The notes under the pieces are model-generated. The model did no database searches. It worked only from the letters and a program-made list of their open reading frames with translations, and had not been told where the DNA came from. From Alphaproteobacteria bacterium (GTDB lineage Bacteria; Pseudomonadota; Alphaproteobacteria; RF32; CAG-239), in NCBI GenBank assembly GCA_017484225.1, contig JAFUTN010000008.1:7440-71439 (forward strand): 64,000 nucleotides of DNA. Direction: 5' to 3'. Below, piece by piece: positions 17,161-27,687 of this stretch (position 1 is its first letter; each line of letters begins with the position of its first letter). A program made the translations under genes and the position numbers.

Positions 17161-17247
17161 GCGGCCATGGCGGAATTGGTAGACGCGTAACGTTGAGGTC
17201 GTTATGAATGTATGTTCGTGGAAGTTCAAGTCTTCTTGGCCGCACCA
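17161..17247 (+). tRNA. tRNA-Leu (anticodon GAG), type II with a long variable arm, CCA encoded
   Basis: Acceptor GCGGCCA/TGGCCGC; D arm GCG-GAATTGGTAGA-CGC; anticodon stem TAACG/CGTTA with loop TTGAGGT; T arm GGAAG-TTCAAGT-CTTCT; then ACCA. Confidence 0.9.
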
Positions 17248-17290
17248 AAACTTTTCTTTGAGGTAAAGCAAGTCAAAAGGAGAGCTTAAG

Positions 17291-18244
17291 ATGCTGAAAA
17301 TTTATAAAACTCAAGATGACGGCTCGTTGCTTAAGCTCAAAAAATCTCATCTCATCTCTCAAGCGTGGTTCAGTGTTATTAATCCTTCGGCAGAGGAAAT
17401 TAATAAGGTTTCGTCGTTATTAAAGGTTGACTCCGATATTTTGCGTAATTCTTTGGATGCCGACGAGCGTTCCAGAGTAGAACTTGAGGACGGTATTTTT
17501 TCCGTAATTGTTAATTTACCTTTGTTGGATGAAGACGGAAATTTTGATACTTTGCCTTGCGGAATGGTTTTTTCGGAACGGAATTTTCTGACTATTTGTT
17601 CGCGTGATAACCGTATTTTGGGTTCGTTTAACAAAAATTCGGCAAAAACTTTTGATACTCGTGAACGCACAAAATTTTTGCTCAATATCTTGTATAAAAT
17701 TACGCAGTTTTATTTGCGGTATTTGGCGATAATTAATCGCAAAACGGAGCATATTGAAGACCAATTAAGGCAAACAACGAATAATCAGGAGCTTTTTCAA
17801 CTGATAGATATTCAAAAATCATTGGTTTATTTTACAACGGCGTTGCGTGATAATCATTTGGTTTTGGAAAAAATTTTGCGAATGGTTAAATCTCCGGCAA
17901 CTTCAAAAATTTTGGCTTTTACCGAAGATGATGTGGACTTGCTTGAAGATGTGATTGTGGAAAACAAACAGGCTATTGAAATGGTGGATATGCATCGCTC
18001 AATTTTGGAAGGAATGATGGATGGCTTTGCCTCAATCATTAACAACAACGTTAATTTGGTTATGAAGTTTTTGGCGGCTATCACGATTGTTTTATCAATT
18101 CCGACCATGTTAGCCAGTTTTTGGGGGATGAACGTTGCCGTTCCGGCTGCGGGACTGGAATTCGGCTTTTGGATTGTGATTGCGCTTTCGGCTTTGGCTA
18201 CGCTGATGGTTATCATATACTTCCGTAAAAAAGGAATGTTCTGA
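17291..18244 (+). CDS. corA: Magnesium/cobalt transporter CorA
   Basis: C-terminal 2-TM region with the WGMN signature (ASFWGMNV). Confidence 0.9.
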   Translation: MLKIYKTQDDGSLLKLKKSHLISQAWFSVINPSAEEINKVSSLLKVDSDILRNSLDADERSRVELEDGIFSVIVNLPLLDEDGNFDTLPCGMVFSERNFLTICSRDNRILGSFNKNSAKTFDTRERTKFLLNILYKITQFYLRYLAIINRKTEHIEDQLRQTTNNQELFQLIDIQKSLVYFTTALRDNHLVLEKILRMVKSPATSKILAFTEDDVDLLEDVIVENKQAIEMVDMHRSILEGMMDGFASIINNNVNLVMKFLAAITIVLSIPTMLASFWGMNVAVPAAGLEFGFWIVIALSALATLMVIIYFRKKGMF

Positions 18245-18270
18245 CAAAAAAATGTAGAAATATTAAAAAT

Positions 18271-18293
18271 ACGGCTTTATTTGCCGTTTTTTT
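18271..18293 (+). terminator. Intrinsic terminator after corA
   Basis: ACGGC-TTTATTT-GCCGT followed by TTTTTT. Confidence 0.7.
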
Positions 18294-18314
18294 AGTATAT
18301 AATAAGCACCGATT

Positions 18315-18803
18315 GTGTTTTTTCGGAGAAAAAAGTTGCTATTGAGTTTTGTGGTTATAGTTTTAGTTTTTTTGCTGGATCAGGGCAGTAAATATGCCGT
18401 TGATGTGTTAGTTAATTCTCCGATTGAAGTAACGAGTTTTTTCAGAATTGTTAAGGTTTGGAATACCGGTGTCAGTTTTTCTATGTTTAACGATTACGGA
18501 AGTATCGGAAGATATGCACTGATAATTTTTGCATTGGCTGTTGTTTTGTTTTTGCTGCATTGGATGTGGCGCGAAAAGAATACGGCTAAAAGAATTTGTT
18601 TGGCAATGATTGTCGGCGGTGCATTGGGAAATGTTGCCGATCGTGCTTATGTCGGTGCGGTGATGGATTTTTTGGATTTTCATTATCGGGATTTGCATTG
18701 GCCGGCATTTAATGTTGCCGATACCTTTATTTGTTTAGGTGCTTTTTTATTGATATATCTTGAAGTTTTTTACAAAAAAAAGAAAGGATTGAAAAATGCT
18801 TAA
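18315..18803 (+). CDS. lspA: Lipoprotein signal peptidase II
   Basis: Four TM helices with the conserved GGALGNVADR and FNVAD motifs. Confidence 0.9.
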   Translation: MFFRRKKLLLSFVVIVLVFLLDQGSKYAVDVLVNSPIEVTSFFRIVKVWNTGVSFSMFNDYGSIGRYALIIFALAVVLFLLHWMWREKNTAKRICLAMIVGGALGNVADRAYVGAVMDFLDFHYRDLHWPAFNVADTFICLGAFLLIYLEVFYKKKKGLKNA

Positions 18804-19011
18804 TTTGAAAAAAATTTGTTTGATTGGTGTTGCTGCTATGTTAACCGTCGGTTTGAGCAGTTGTGGCTGGACCAAGAAAAAATTGGGTTTAACCAGAGAA
18901 GGACCGGATGAAACAAAAGTTATGGTAAATGAACCGCTGATTTTGCCTCCGGAATACAGTGTTCGTCCTAAAAATTTGGAAGTAAACGAGGAAGAAGAGG
19001 AAAATTGGTAG
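18796..19011 (+). CDS. Small lipoprotein, DUF3035-like (possibly BamF-type)
   Basis: Lipobox LSSCGW and a P/E-rich tail. It overlaps the lspA stop and precedes the M16 pair. The family name is recalled from memory and not verified. Confidence 0.45.
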   Translation: MLNLKKICLIGVAAMLTVGLSSCGWTKKKLGLTREGPDETKVMVNEPLILPPEYSVRPKNLEVNEEEEENW

Positions 19012-19012
19012 T

Positions 19013-20338
19013 ATGAAAAAACTGCTGTTTCTTTCGGCTTTCGTTTGTTCGTTTTATTCATCCGTTTTGCGCGCCGAGTTGTTTAAGGCGGAAGAATTCT
19101 TTTTAAGTAACGGTCTTCATGTTGTAATAGTGGAAAATCATAAAGCGCCGCTGGTTAAGCAAATGCTTGTTTACAAAGTGGGTGCGGTTGATAATCTTTC
19201 CGGAAAAGCCGGCGGCGCTCATTTGCTGGAGCATTTAATGTTTCGCGGCACGTCAAAAGTTAAAGACGGCGAGTTTAATCGCATAATGAAGGATAACGGT
19301 GCAGTCAGCAATGCTTTTACAAGCTATGATATTACGGCTTATCATCAGTTTGCGGATGTGAGCCGTTTAGAAGTTTTAATGGCAATGGAAGCGGACCGAA
19401 TGCAAAATTTAAATTTTGATGAAAAGGCTTATGAAGCCGAACAAAAAATTGTTTTGCAAGAACGTAAACAGGTGGTTGAAAATAATCCGGCATCAGCATA
19501 TTCGGAACGTTTGCGCCGTGTGATGTATAATGATTCGCCCTACGGTTGGCCGATTACCGGAACTGAAGATGAAATAAGAGATTTGTCCTTTGCCGACGCT
19601 ATGGAATTTTACGGTAATTTTTATGCTCCGAATAATGCAATATTGGTTTTGTCAGGTGATATTACCAGAGCGGAAACGCAAGATTTGGTGGAAAAATATT
19701 ACGGCGAAATTCCGGCGAAAAAAATTATTCGTAAACCGGCGAAAACAGTGGATGAAATCTTTTCGGCAAAATTGAAAATGGCATTACCGAATATCAGCTC
19801 AATTACTTTTAACAGGGGATATATGCTGCCGAATTTTCATAATGTAAAGGGTAACGGATACGCATACATTGTTTTGAGTGAGTATTTGGGCGGAGGAAAA
19901 ACATCTGAGTTGTATAAAGAATTGGTTCGTGACAAAAAACTGGCAGTCAGCATTTCTGCCGGATATTCTCGTTTGTTGCGTTCAAACAGTGTGTTTTCCG
20001 TTTCTGCGTCTATGCCGCAAGGAGCTGATACAGAGTTGTTTATTCAAAATCTTGATGAGGCATTGCAGCAGGCAATCAAGTCTTTTGACAATAAAATGCT
20101 TGAAAAAGTGAAAAAGAAAATGCTCGCCGATTTGGTGTATGCAAAAGACAATCCGGCAGATGCCGCAGATTTGCTCGGGTATCTTTTGGGAGTCGGGTTT
20201 GATTTGTCGGAAGTGCAGAGTTATGAAGAAAAAATTATGCAGGTTACCGTAGATGACGTAAAAGCAGCATACAATGAAGTGTTCAAAAATGCCGCAGTTG
20301 TTGAAGGAATACTATTGCCGGAGGAAACTGAAAAATGA
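19013..20338 (+). CDS. M16 family zinc peptidase (active subunit)
   Basis: HxxEH motif HLLEHLMFRGT and a signal peptide. Confidence 0.85.
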   Translation: MKKLLFLSAFVCSFYSSVLRAELFKAEEFFLSNGLHVVIVENHKAPLVKQMLVYKVGAVDNLSGKAGGAHLLEHLMFRGTSKVKDGEFNRIMKDNGAVSNAFTSYDITAYHQFADVSRLEVLMAMEADRMQNLNFDEKAYEAEQKIVLQERKQVVENNPASAYSERLRRVMYNDSPYGWPITGTEDEIRDLSFADAMEFYGNFYAPNNAILVLSGDITRAETQDLVEKYYGEIPAKKIIRKPAKTVDEIFSAKLKMALPNISSITFNRGYMLPNFHNVKGNGYAYIVLSEYLGGGKTSELYKELVRDKKLAVSISAGYSRLLRSNSVFSVSASMPQGADTELFIQNLDEALQQAIKSFDNKMLEKVKKKMLADLVYAKDNPADAADLLGYLLGVGFDLSEVQSYEEKIMQVTVDDVKAAYNEVFKNAAVVEGILLPEETEK

Positions 20339-21741
20339 GACTTTATCGCCGAAAAAAAGGATTTTTCTACTACTTTTCCAGATTGCTACGCTTGAGTGTT
20401 GCGGCAGTTGTTTGTTGGTATGCGGCAGAAACTTTGCTTGAGAAGAAAATTAATACCGAAAAAATTTATCAGGAATCGGCATTTAAAAATAAAAAGATGA
20501 ACGTTCAGGTTAAAGAAATTGAATACAAAAATCTGAAGGCTTATTTGTTTGAAGAACACAGTAATCCCATTATTGCCGTTGATTTTTTGTTTCGGCATAC
20601 CGGATATGCTTATGACAAAAAAGGTAAGTTCGGACTTGCATTGTTGACGGCAAAAATGCTTACCAACGGTGCCGGTGAGTATGATGAAACACAATTTGCT
20701 TCCGTTTTGGAAGAAAACGGAATTAAAATGGGCTTTGATGTAAATGTTGATGATTTCGGCGGCAGTTTGGTTACTACCACGGCGAATGCTGATATGGCAG
20801 TGAATTTGTTGAGAAAAGTGTTGTATGAGCCGAAACCGAGCGAAGATTCTTTATCTCTTCTTAAAGATAAGGCATTGCTGGCATTGCAGCGTCAAAAAGA
20901 CCATCCGCAAGGGGAATTGAATCTGTTATATCAAGAAAAAATTTATCAGGAACATCCGTATTCTCGTAATCCGTTAGGGGAAGCTGAAGATATAAAACGC
21001 ATAACAATCGGTGATATTGAACAGTTTATTGCGGATAATCTGACATCCGACCGTTTGATTGTGGCCATTGCCGGTGATGTTAATGAAAACGAAGCGGTTG
21101 AAATGCTTAAAAATATGTTTGCGGATTTGCCGGAACAAGGTTTACGGCAATCTTTGGAAAAATTTGAAGTGAAAAATGACGGTAATATCGTTAATGCCGA
21201 GCGCAAAATGCCGCAAAGTATTGCTAAAATTGCTGCAAACGGAGTATATCGTGATGATAAAAATTTTTATCCGCTGTATATGGCAAATTATATTTTCGGC
21301 GAATCCGGTTTAACGTCCCGTTTGTCAAAAAATATACGTGAAGAAAAAGGTTTGACCTATGGGGTATATACATACCTGACAATAAAGGATTCCGCAGCTT
21401 TGATAGAGGGCGGTTATTCCGTGGCTCCGGAGCATGCAAAACAAGCGGCCGATTTATTTAAGGCAGAGTGGGTGAAAATGGGCGAAAACGGTGTTACCGA
21501 GGATGAACTGCGCCAAGCAAAAAATTCGCTGATAGCCTCTATTAATTTGCGCTATGCAGATATTGATGCTGTTGCATCTGTTTTGTTGTCAATGCAAAAA
21601 TTTAATTTGGGATTGGATTTTTTGCAGAAAAGAAATGAATATATTGAGAATGTTACGTTAAACGAAGTTAACAATGCGGCAAAAATTTATTACGGTTCTT
21701 TGCCTGATTTTGTGACAATCGGTTCAAGTGAGGAGAAATAA
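20335..21741 (+). CDS. M16 family peptidase-like protein (non-catalytic partner)
   Basis: M16 fold-like sequence without HxxEH. There is a 4-nt overlap with the upstream M16 gene. Confidence 0.75.
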   Translation: MRLYRRKKGFFYYFSRLLRLSVAAVVCWYAAETLLEKKINTEKIYQESAFKNKKMNVQVKEIEYKNLKAYLFEEHSNPIIAVDFLFRHTGYAYDKKGKFGLALLTAKMLTNGAGEYDETQFASVLEENGIKMGFDVNVDDFGGSLVTTTANADMAVNLLRKVLYEPKPSEDSLSLLKDKALLALQRQKDHPQGELNLLYQEKIYQEHPYSRNPLGEAEDIKRITIGDIEQFIADNLTSDRLIVAIAGDVNENEAVEMLKNMFADLPEQGLRQSLEKFEVKNDGNIVNAERKMPQSIAKIAANGVYRDDKNFYPLYMANYIFGESGLTSRLSKNIREEKGLTYGVYTYLTIKDSAALIEGGYSVAPEHAKQAADLFKAEWVKMGENGVTEDELRQAKNSLIASINLRYADIDAVASVLLSMQKFNLGLDFLQKRNEYIENVTLNEVNNAAKIYYGSLPDFVTIGSSEEK

Positions 21742-21745
21742 GATA

Positions 21746-23386
21746 ATGTTCGGAAGTCGTAAAAATAAAGCATGGAATGAACTTGAAAAACTTTACAAAA
21801 AGTATGAACAGGAGCAAATGAAGGATTTGTTTGCCAACGATAAAAAAAGGGCGGAAAAGTATTCCGTCTCTTTGGAAAATATGTTGGTTGATTATTCCAA
21901 AAACAGAATTAATGATGATATTATGAAAGCATTGTTTGCTTTAGCTGATGAATGTAAACTGCACGAAAAAATTGAAGATATGTTCAGCGGTAAAAAAATT
22001 AATAAAACCGAGAACAGAGCTGTTTTGCACACGGCTCTGCGTAATATCCAAAATACACCTGTTTATGTTAACGGGCGTGATGTGATGCCGCAAATTAATG
22101 CCGTTCTGCAAAAAATGCGAGATTTTTCCGAAGCGGTGCGTTTAGGAAAATTTACCGGCCATACCGGTAAAAAGTTGACCAACATTGTTAATATCGGTAT
22201 CGGCGGTTCCGACTTGGGGCCGTTTATGGCAACCGAAGCTCTTAAATCATATTGGGCAAAGGATATCAAATGCTACTTTATTTCCAATATTGACGGAACA
22301 GCTTGCGCCGAAGTTCTGAATCATTTGAATCCGGAAGAAACATTGTTTATTGTTGCCTCCAAAACATTTACAACCATAGAAACTTTGACAAATGCAAAAA
22401 CCTGCCGTAAATGGTTGGTTGATGCGTTGGGCGAACATGCGGTAGCAAAACATTTTATTGCCCTTTCCACCAACAAGGAGGAGGTTGAAAAGTTTGGCAT
22501 AAATCCGGATAATATGTTTGAATTTTGGGATTTTGTCGGCGGCAGATATTCAATGTGGTCTGCCATTGGTATGATTATCTGCATAGCCATCGGTTTTGAT
22601 AATTTTGAAAAAATGCTTGCCGGTGCAAACGCTATGGACAGACATTTTCGCTATACCGATTTTGAGCATAATATACCTGTGATATTGGCCCTTATCGGAT
22701 TGTGGTATAACAACTTTTACAACGTTCACCGTTACTGCGTTATTCCTTATGATCAGTATTTGAAGTATTTGCCTAATTATTTGCAGCAACTTGATATGGA
22801 AAGCAACGGAAAATCCATAACTTTAGATAATAAAAAAGTAAATTGTGCAACGGGGCCGGTTTTGTTCGGCGGTGCGGGAACTGATGTTCAACATTCGTTT
22901 TTCCAACTTTTGCATCAGGGCACGGAGTTTGTGCCGGCAGACTTTGTGATTCCGGCAATTTCACATAACGAAATAGGAAATCATCACCTTATTTTGATGG
23001 CAAATATTTTAGCACAAAGCGAAGCGTTGATGAAAGGTAAAACGGTAGAAGAAAGTGCCGAGGAACTTAAAAAATCCGGAAAATCGGATGAGGAAATTGA
23101 AAAATTGAAATATTATAAGAGCTTCAGCGGTAATCGTCCGTCCAACACCATTATATTGCGCAAAATTGACCCTTACACATTAGGTATGCTGGTGGCAATG
23201 TATGAACATAAGGTTTATGTTCAGGGGGTTATTTGGAATATTAATTCATTTGACCAATTCGGGGTTGAGTTGGGTAAAAAACTGGCTCTGAATATATTGC
23301 CGGAATTGGAAGGACGAGCAGCCGTTGCCGAACATGATTGTTCAACAAAATTGCTGATTAACCACATTAACAAAATCAGAAAATAA
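21746..23386 (+). CDS. pgi: Glucose-6-phosphate isomerase
   Basis: Long-type PGI motifs (GIGGSDLGP, FIVASKTFTT, DQFGVELGK). Trimmed to the ATG at 21746 (MFGSRKNKAW). Confidence 0.95.
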   Translation: MFGSRKNKAWNELEKLYKKYEQEQMKDLFANDKKRAEKYSVSLENMLVDYSKNRINDDIMKALFALADECKLHEKIEDMFSGKKINKTENRAVLHTALRNIQNTPVYVNGRDVMPQINAVLQKMRDFSEAVRLGKFTGHTGKKLTNIVNIGIGGSDLGPFMATEALKSYWAKDIKCYFISNIDGTACAEVLNHLNPEETLFIVASKTFTTIETLTNAKTCRKWLVDALGEHAVAKHFIALSTNKEEVEKFGINPDNMFEFWDFVGGRYSMWSAIGMIICIAIGFDNFEKMLAGANAMDRHFRYTDFEHNIPVILALIGLWYNNFYNVHRYCVIPYDQYLKYLPNYLQQLDMESNGKSITLDNKKVNCATGPVLFGGAGTDVQHSFFQLLHQGTEFVPADFVIPAISHNEIGNHHLILMANILAQSEALMKGKTVEESAEELKKSGKSDEEIEKLKYYKSFSGNRPSNTIILRKIDPYTLGMLVAMYEHKVYVQGVIWNINSFDQFGVELGKKLALNILPELEGRAAVAEHDCSTKLLINHINKIRK

Positions 23387-23397
23387 GGATAAAATAA

Positions 23398-25236
23398 ATG
23401 CCGATACGCGTCCTGCCTTCAAATTTAGTTAACCAAATTGCCGCCGGTGAAGTTATTGAACGACCGGCTTCGGTGCTTAAGGAGCTGGTAGAAAATGCGT
23501 TGGATGCCGGTGCTACCAAAATAGAGGTAAATATAACCGGCGGCGGAAAAAATTTGTTGAGTGTTACCGACAACGGCAAAGGTATTGATAAAGATGAATT
23601 GCCGCTTGCGGTGGAACGCCATGCAACTTCTAAATTGCCGGAAGACGATTTGTTTGAAATTAATTTTCTCGGCTTTCGCGGTGAGGCCTTGCCATCTATC
23701 GCTTCAGTTGCCAAATTGACGATTGTTTCCCGCAAACCGGAAAGTGAAAATGCGTGGCAGATTCAGGTAAACGGCGGTGAAAAAGGAGATGTTGAACCGG
23801 CTTCCGGAACATTCGGGACGAGAGTTGAGGTTCGCGACTTGTTTTATACCACACCGGCGAGATTAAAATTTATGAAAAGCGAAGCAGCGGAAACGGCGCA
23901 ATGTGCCGATATGCTGAGCAGAATTGCTTTGGCTAATCCGGAAGTTTCGTTTTATATGTATGCCGACGGAAAGAAAAAAACAGCACTGAATGCGGGGCAG
24001 GGGGAATTGCTTGATATGCGCATACAGCGCGTTATTGATGTGTTGGGTAAGGATTTTGCCGCGAACAATTTACCGATAATTGCCGAAAATGAATTTTGCA
24101 GCATCAGCGGTTATGTTGGGGTGCCGACTTATAACAAAGCAAATTCTTTATCGGAATTTTTGTTTGTGAACAATCGTCCGGTGCGCGATAAATTGATTTT
24201 GGGTGCCATAAAAGGAGCCTATCAGGATGTTATAACTTCCGGTCGTTATCCGGTTTGTGCGATATTCATTAATGTAAATCCGCGATATGTTGATGTTAAT
24301 GTTCATCCGACAAAGGCAGAAGTTCGTTTTTATGATAACGGAGCAATCCGCAGTATGATTGTCGGAGCCATTCGTTCTGCGCTTAATGCCGGAAGCCGAA
24401 AAAGTGTGGAAAACGGCGGATTGGAACATTTGTTGGAAGACAGCTTGCCTCACTGGCAGTTGCAGATAGGCGAAACGGAAACCATAAAAATGAAAAATGA
24501 AGAAATCAATGAGCCGACACGAGATTTCAGGATTTCTCCGATATATAAAAAAACTTATTCTTCTTCGGATATGCAACGCATAATGCCGGAATTGAAAGAT
24601 GATTATTCCGTAAAAGCGGCTGAAGAACCTTCAGAAAAAACCGTTGACGAAGTCGGGTATTTGGGATTGGCAAAGGCGCAGTTTAACAATACATATATTA
24701 TTTCGCAAACACCGGATAGCATTGTTATTGTGGACCAACATGCTGCCCATGAGCGCATTACCATGGAAAAAATGAAAGCAGCTATGAGTAAAAATGAAAG
24801 AATGCCGGCTCAAATGCTTTTAATTCCGGAGGTTGTTGATTTGACTTTAACGGAAAAAACGGCAATTTTGGATAATGCCGAAGAGCTTATAAAGCTTGGA
24901 TTAGCGGTTGAAGAGTTTGGTTCTACGGCAGTATTGGTGAGAGAAACGCCGGCACTTTTGGGTGAAACGGATGTCAAAAAGTTGGTAACGGATTTGGCGC
25001 AAGAAATTGCCGAATGGGGAGGGCAATATTCTCTGAATGACAAAATACACCATATATGCGCTACAATAGCATGTCACGGTTCGGTGCGAGCCGGACGTTC
25101 TTTGAATGTGGAAGAAATGAATTATCTGCTGCGTGAAATGGAACGAACCGAACACTCCGGACAATGCAATCACGGCCGTCCGACGTATGTGAAAATCAGG
25201 ATTGAGGACATAGAAAAATTGTTTGAGCGCCGCTGA
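23398..25236 (+). CDS. mutL: DNA mismatch repair protein MutL
   Basis: GHKL ATPase N-terminus (IAAGEVIERPASVLKELVENALDAG) and a C-terminal dimerisation domain containing QHAAHER. Confidence 0.95.
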   Translation: MPIRVLPSNLVNQIAAGEVIERPASVLKELVENALDAGATKIEVNITGGGKNLLSVTDNGKGIDKDELPLAVERHATSKLPEDDLFEINFLGFRGEALPSIASVAKLTIVSRKPESENAWQIQVNGGEKGDVEPASGTFGTRVEVRDLFYTTPARLKFMKSEAAETAQCADMLSRIALANPEVSFYMYADGKKKTALNAGQGELLDMRIQRVIDVLGKDFAANNLPIIAENEFCSISGYVGVPTYNKANSLSEFLFVNNRPVRDKLILGAIKGAYQDVITSGRYPVCAIFINVNPRYVDVNVHPTKAEVRFYDNGAIRSMIVGAIRSALNAGSRKSVENGGLEHLLEDSLPHWQLQIGETETIKMKNEEINEPTRDFRISPIYKKTYSSSDMQRIMPELKDDYSVKAAEEPSEKTVDEVGYLGLAKAQFNNTYIISQTPDSIVIVDQHAAHERITMEKMKAAMSKNERMPAQMLLIPEVVDLTLTEKTAILDNAEELIKLGLAVEEFGSTAVLVRETPALLGETDVKKLVTDLAQEIAEWGGQYSLNDKIHHICATIACHGSVRAGRSLNVEEMNYLLREMERTEHSGQCNHGRPTYVKIRIEDIEKLFERR

Positions 25237-25238
25237 TT

Positions 25239-26558
25239 TTATTCTAAGTAGTTTTCTATTTTATCAAGCATTTTTTGAGCTTTGGCTTGGAGATTTTTGT
25301 TTTTTAGCTCCATATAAATATTTTTTGCCGATGAAAAGTAATTTTTTGCTTCGCTCATAAACGTCTCATCATTATTTTTTTTGCCGAGAACATAAAAAAT
25401 TTCGCCTATTTTTTCCTGTATTTGCGCCCATTCCAGCGGATATTTATTTAAAACAAAAGATTTTTGCTGGTTTTTATAGGCATTGATTGCCATCAGCATT
25501 ATTTCGTTGCTGGAAATATTTGTGCCCAGCAAAGTAAGGTAGTATCCGAGAAGCCCCTCAATATGAAACCATGATTGCGGAAATTGAGCCAATGAATAAA
25601 TTTTTTCGGCTTCGCGCAGTTGTGATGTTGCATCACGCAGAGCTTGCAAATCTGATGTATGTTTCCAATATTCAAAATACAGCAACGCTAAGTGATATGA
25701 AATCAGAGAATAGTCGTAAGGATAGTTTTTTGTAATTAATTTTTGTGCCTGATTATAATTATGAATGGCAATTTTTAAGCAACTTTCTATATTTGCGGTG
25801 TCGCAGCCGAGTGCTTTTTCAAATAACAAGCCGATATTTGAATATATGCAGCCGTAATAAATAGGTAAGCGCATATATTGCTTGTTTTTCAGGGCATCAT
25901 TAAACAGTTGATGTATTATTTTGATGTCGTCAGCGGTGATTTTCTCGGATACACAGGACAAATATACTTTTCCGAGCATATTCATTATATAGGGAATAAA
26001 TTCTTTAGACAGGCTTTTAGGGGAATCATCTTTAGCCAAAAAGGAAACAATTTCTTTCAGCAATTCATTTCTGTGTTTTTTTTGCGAGTTGGTTATCGGA
26101 GTAATGGATGATAAAATACATCCCTTAATCAGCATTTGCAACGACGGAGGAATTTCACTCTGAGAACCGAAATAACTTAAAGGAATGAATAAACTGTTAA
26201 GCAAAGAAAAAACATCGGGATTGGGAATTTTGTATTGTGAAGATGTTTGAAAATTAAGACGAATCTTGCCGTCTTCTTCATATCCCCAGATGATTATATC
26301 CGAGCGACATTTTTCCAGTATACGGTTTCCCTTGTCTATAAAGTCAAAGAAATTACGTCCCTGCATATTCAAAAATGTTTTAGAAAATTTTTCATTTAAG
26401 AACAAAACTTCAAAAATATCATTTTTTTGCAATAAATCGGCAAATTTTTTTCCGCAATTTAAGCCGCTGCTGTCTTCAAAGTCAACCACCGTAACTCTGA
26501 ACAGACCGCCTAAATCCTGCTTGTTATGCGAATTTTTGAAATTTTGCAGAAAATCCAT
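25239..26558 (-). CDS. Hypothetical protein: unknown N-terminal alpha/beta domain plus C-terminal TPR-like repeats
   Basis: Repeated TPR-like units (KNYPYDYSLISYHLALLY, AQFPQSWFHIEGLLGYYL, NKYPLEWAQIQEKIGEIF). No signal peptide. Very AT-rich. Confidence 0.5.
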   Translation of the reverse strand: MDFLQNFKNSHNKQDLGGLFRVTVVDFEDSSGLNCGKKFADLLQKNDIFEVLFLNEKFSKTFLNMQGRNFFDFIDKGNRILEKCRSDIIIWGYEEDGKIRLNFQTSSQYKIPNPDVFSLLNSLFIPLSYFGSQSEIPPSLQMLIKGCILSSITPITNSQKKHRNELLKEIVSFLAKDDSPKSLSKEFIPYIMNMLGKVYLSCVSEKITADDIKIIHQLFNDALKNKQYMRLPIYYGCIYSNIGLLFEKALGCDTANIESCLKIAIHNYNQAQKLITKNYPYDYSLISYHLALLYFEYWKHTSDLQALRDATSQLREAEKIYSLAQFPQSWFHIEGLLGYYLTLLGTNISSNEIMLMAINAYKNQQKSFVLNKYPLEWAQIQEKIGEIFYVLGKKNNDETFMSEAKNYFSSAKNIYMELKNKNLQAKAQKMLDKIENYLE

Positions 26559-26562
26559 CAGT

Positions 26563-27639
26563 TTATTTATCCTTTTTTTCGGTTATTTTGTTAATGTTAT
26601 CTTTTGCTTCGTTTATGCTTTGCTTAATGTTGTTAAAAAATTCCTTATTTATGTCGTGAATAGATTGTTTTCCCGTTGAATATATATTGTCAACCGAGCC
26701 GTTGAGCCAAAAAATAATCAGGAAAGAAACTATAATCAGGGAGTATTGGTTAATTGAAAACAGTTGAAACCATCCCAAGAACAGGCAAACACCGCACACC
26801 TTGGCAATGTTTTTTGAAAGAATCGGTAACGGAACATTATTTGCCGCCTTGTAGTAATGGGAATTTTCTTCCAATAAACCGCTTTTGGTGATAAATACTC
26901 TTTTCCATGCCGCACGCAGTAACTCGGTCCAAAAAATAACGGTAAATACTACGCAAGAAGGAAAACTTATTTCTCCGCTGTCTAAAATAAACAGATTGGA
27001 AATCAAAAAAGCAATAACAGAGCAATCAGCACGGCTTAAGCCTATCTTAACTTCGTTAGCGTTGGTGATTAAATAAGAAGACAATATTCCTATCAGTAAG
27101 GCTGCACAAATAGCCAAATAAACCGGAGCAGCTCCCAAAACACCCAATATGGATAAACCAATCATCATGGCTATTGACGGAATTACGGTAGTATGCACAA
27201 CAGCATTTATTGCATGATAGTAGCAACAGAATACAGAAAAGAAGATAGTCAGCGCAATCTTAAACAACCAAATATTGGTATTAAACGGAACGGATTCCGG
27301 AGTAAGCGGATGCAACACCACGCAACCGGCAACACATAGTGTTGTGATAATATTTGCCGGCAAGGTGTTTAAGGTTGTTTGCGCAAAATAAACCGTGCAA
27401 GCCAGAAAAAGCGGCACAACAACATTTTGTATGCCGATATCATTGATAAAATCATTTTGCGGAACAATGAAGTATCCGCCGATTGCCCCAATGGCATAAA
27501 TGAAAAAAATTGAAAAAGAAGCGGCGTGATACGGTTTTATTTCCAATGTTCTGGTATATTTATCGGCTATGGGAGCATAAAGAAAAAACATCCCGAAAAA
27601 GCCCAACAGCATAAATAAAGAAATATAAAGCAATTCCAT
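26563..27639 (-). CDS. Polytopic membrane protein (about 10 TM) with a charged C-terminal tail, unknown function
   Basis: Hydrophobic helices throughout. Sits 4 nt upstream of the TPR-like gene on the same strand. Confidence 0.5.
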   Translation of the reverse strand: MELLYISLFMLLGFFGMFFLYAPIADKYTRTLEIKPYHAASFSIFFIYAIGAIGGYFIVPQNDFINDIGIQNVVVPLFLACTVYFAQTTLNTLPANIITTLCVAGCVVLHPLTPESVPFNTNIWLFKIALTIFFSVFCCYYHAINAVVHTTVIPSIAMMIGLSILGVLGAAPVYLAICAALLIGILSSYLITNANEVKIGLSRADCSVIAFLISNLFILDSGEISFPSCVVFTVIFWTELLRAAWKRVFITKSGLLEENSHYYKAANNVPLPILSKNIAKVCGVCLFLGWFQLFSINQYSLIIVSFLIIFWLNGSVDNIYSTGKQSIHDINKEFFNNIKQSINEAKDNINKITEKKDK

Positions 27640-27687
27640 GACCGAATCCTTTCGTTTTAAAGTTGAGTAATTATAGAATATAATAAG

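Noticed and set aside
17014-17271. 85-aa minus-strand ORF
   Set aside because: It is antisense to, and overlaps, a well-folding tRNA-Leu(GAG) and the promoter region. Composition is AT-rich and there is no SD.
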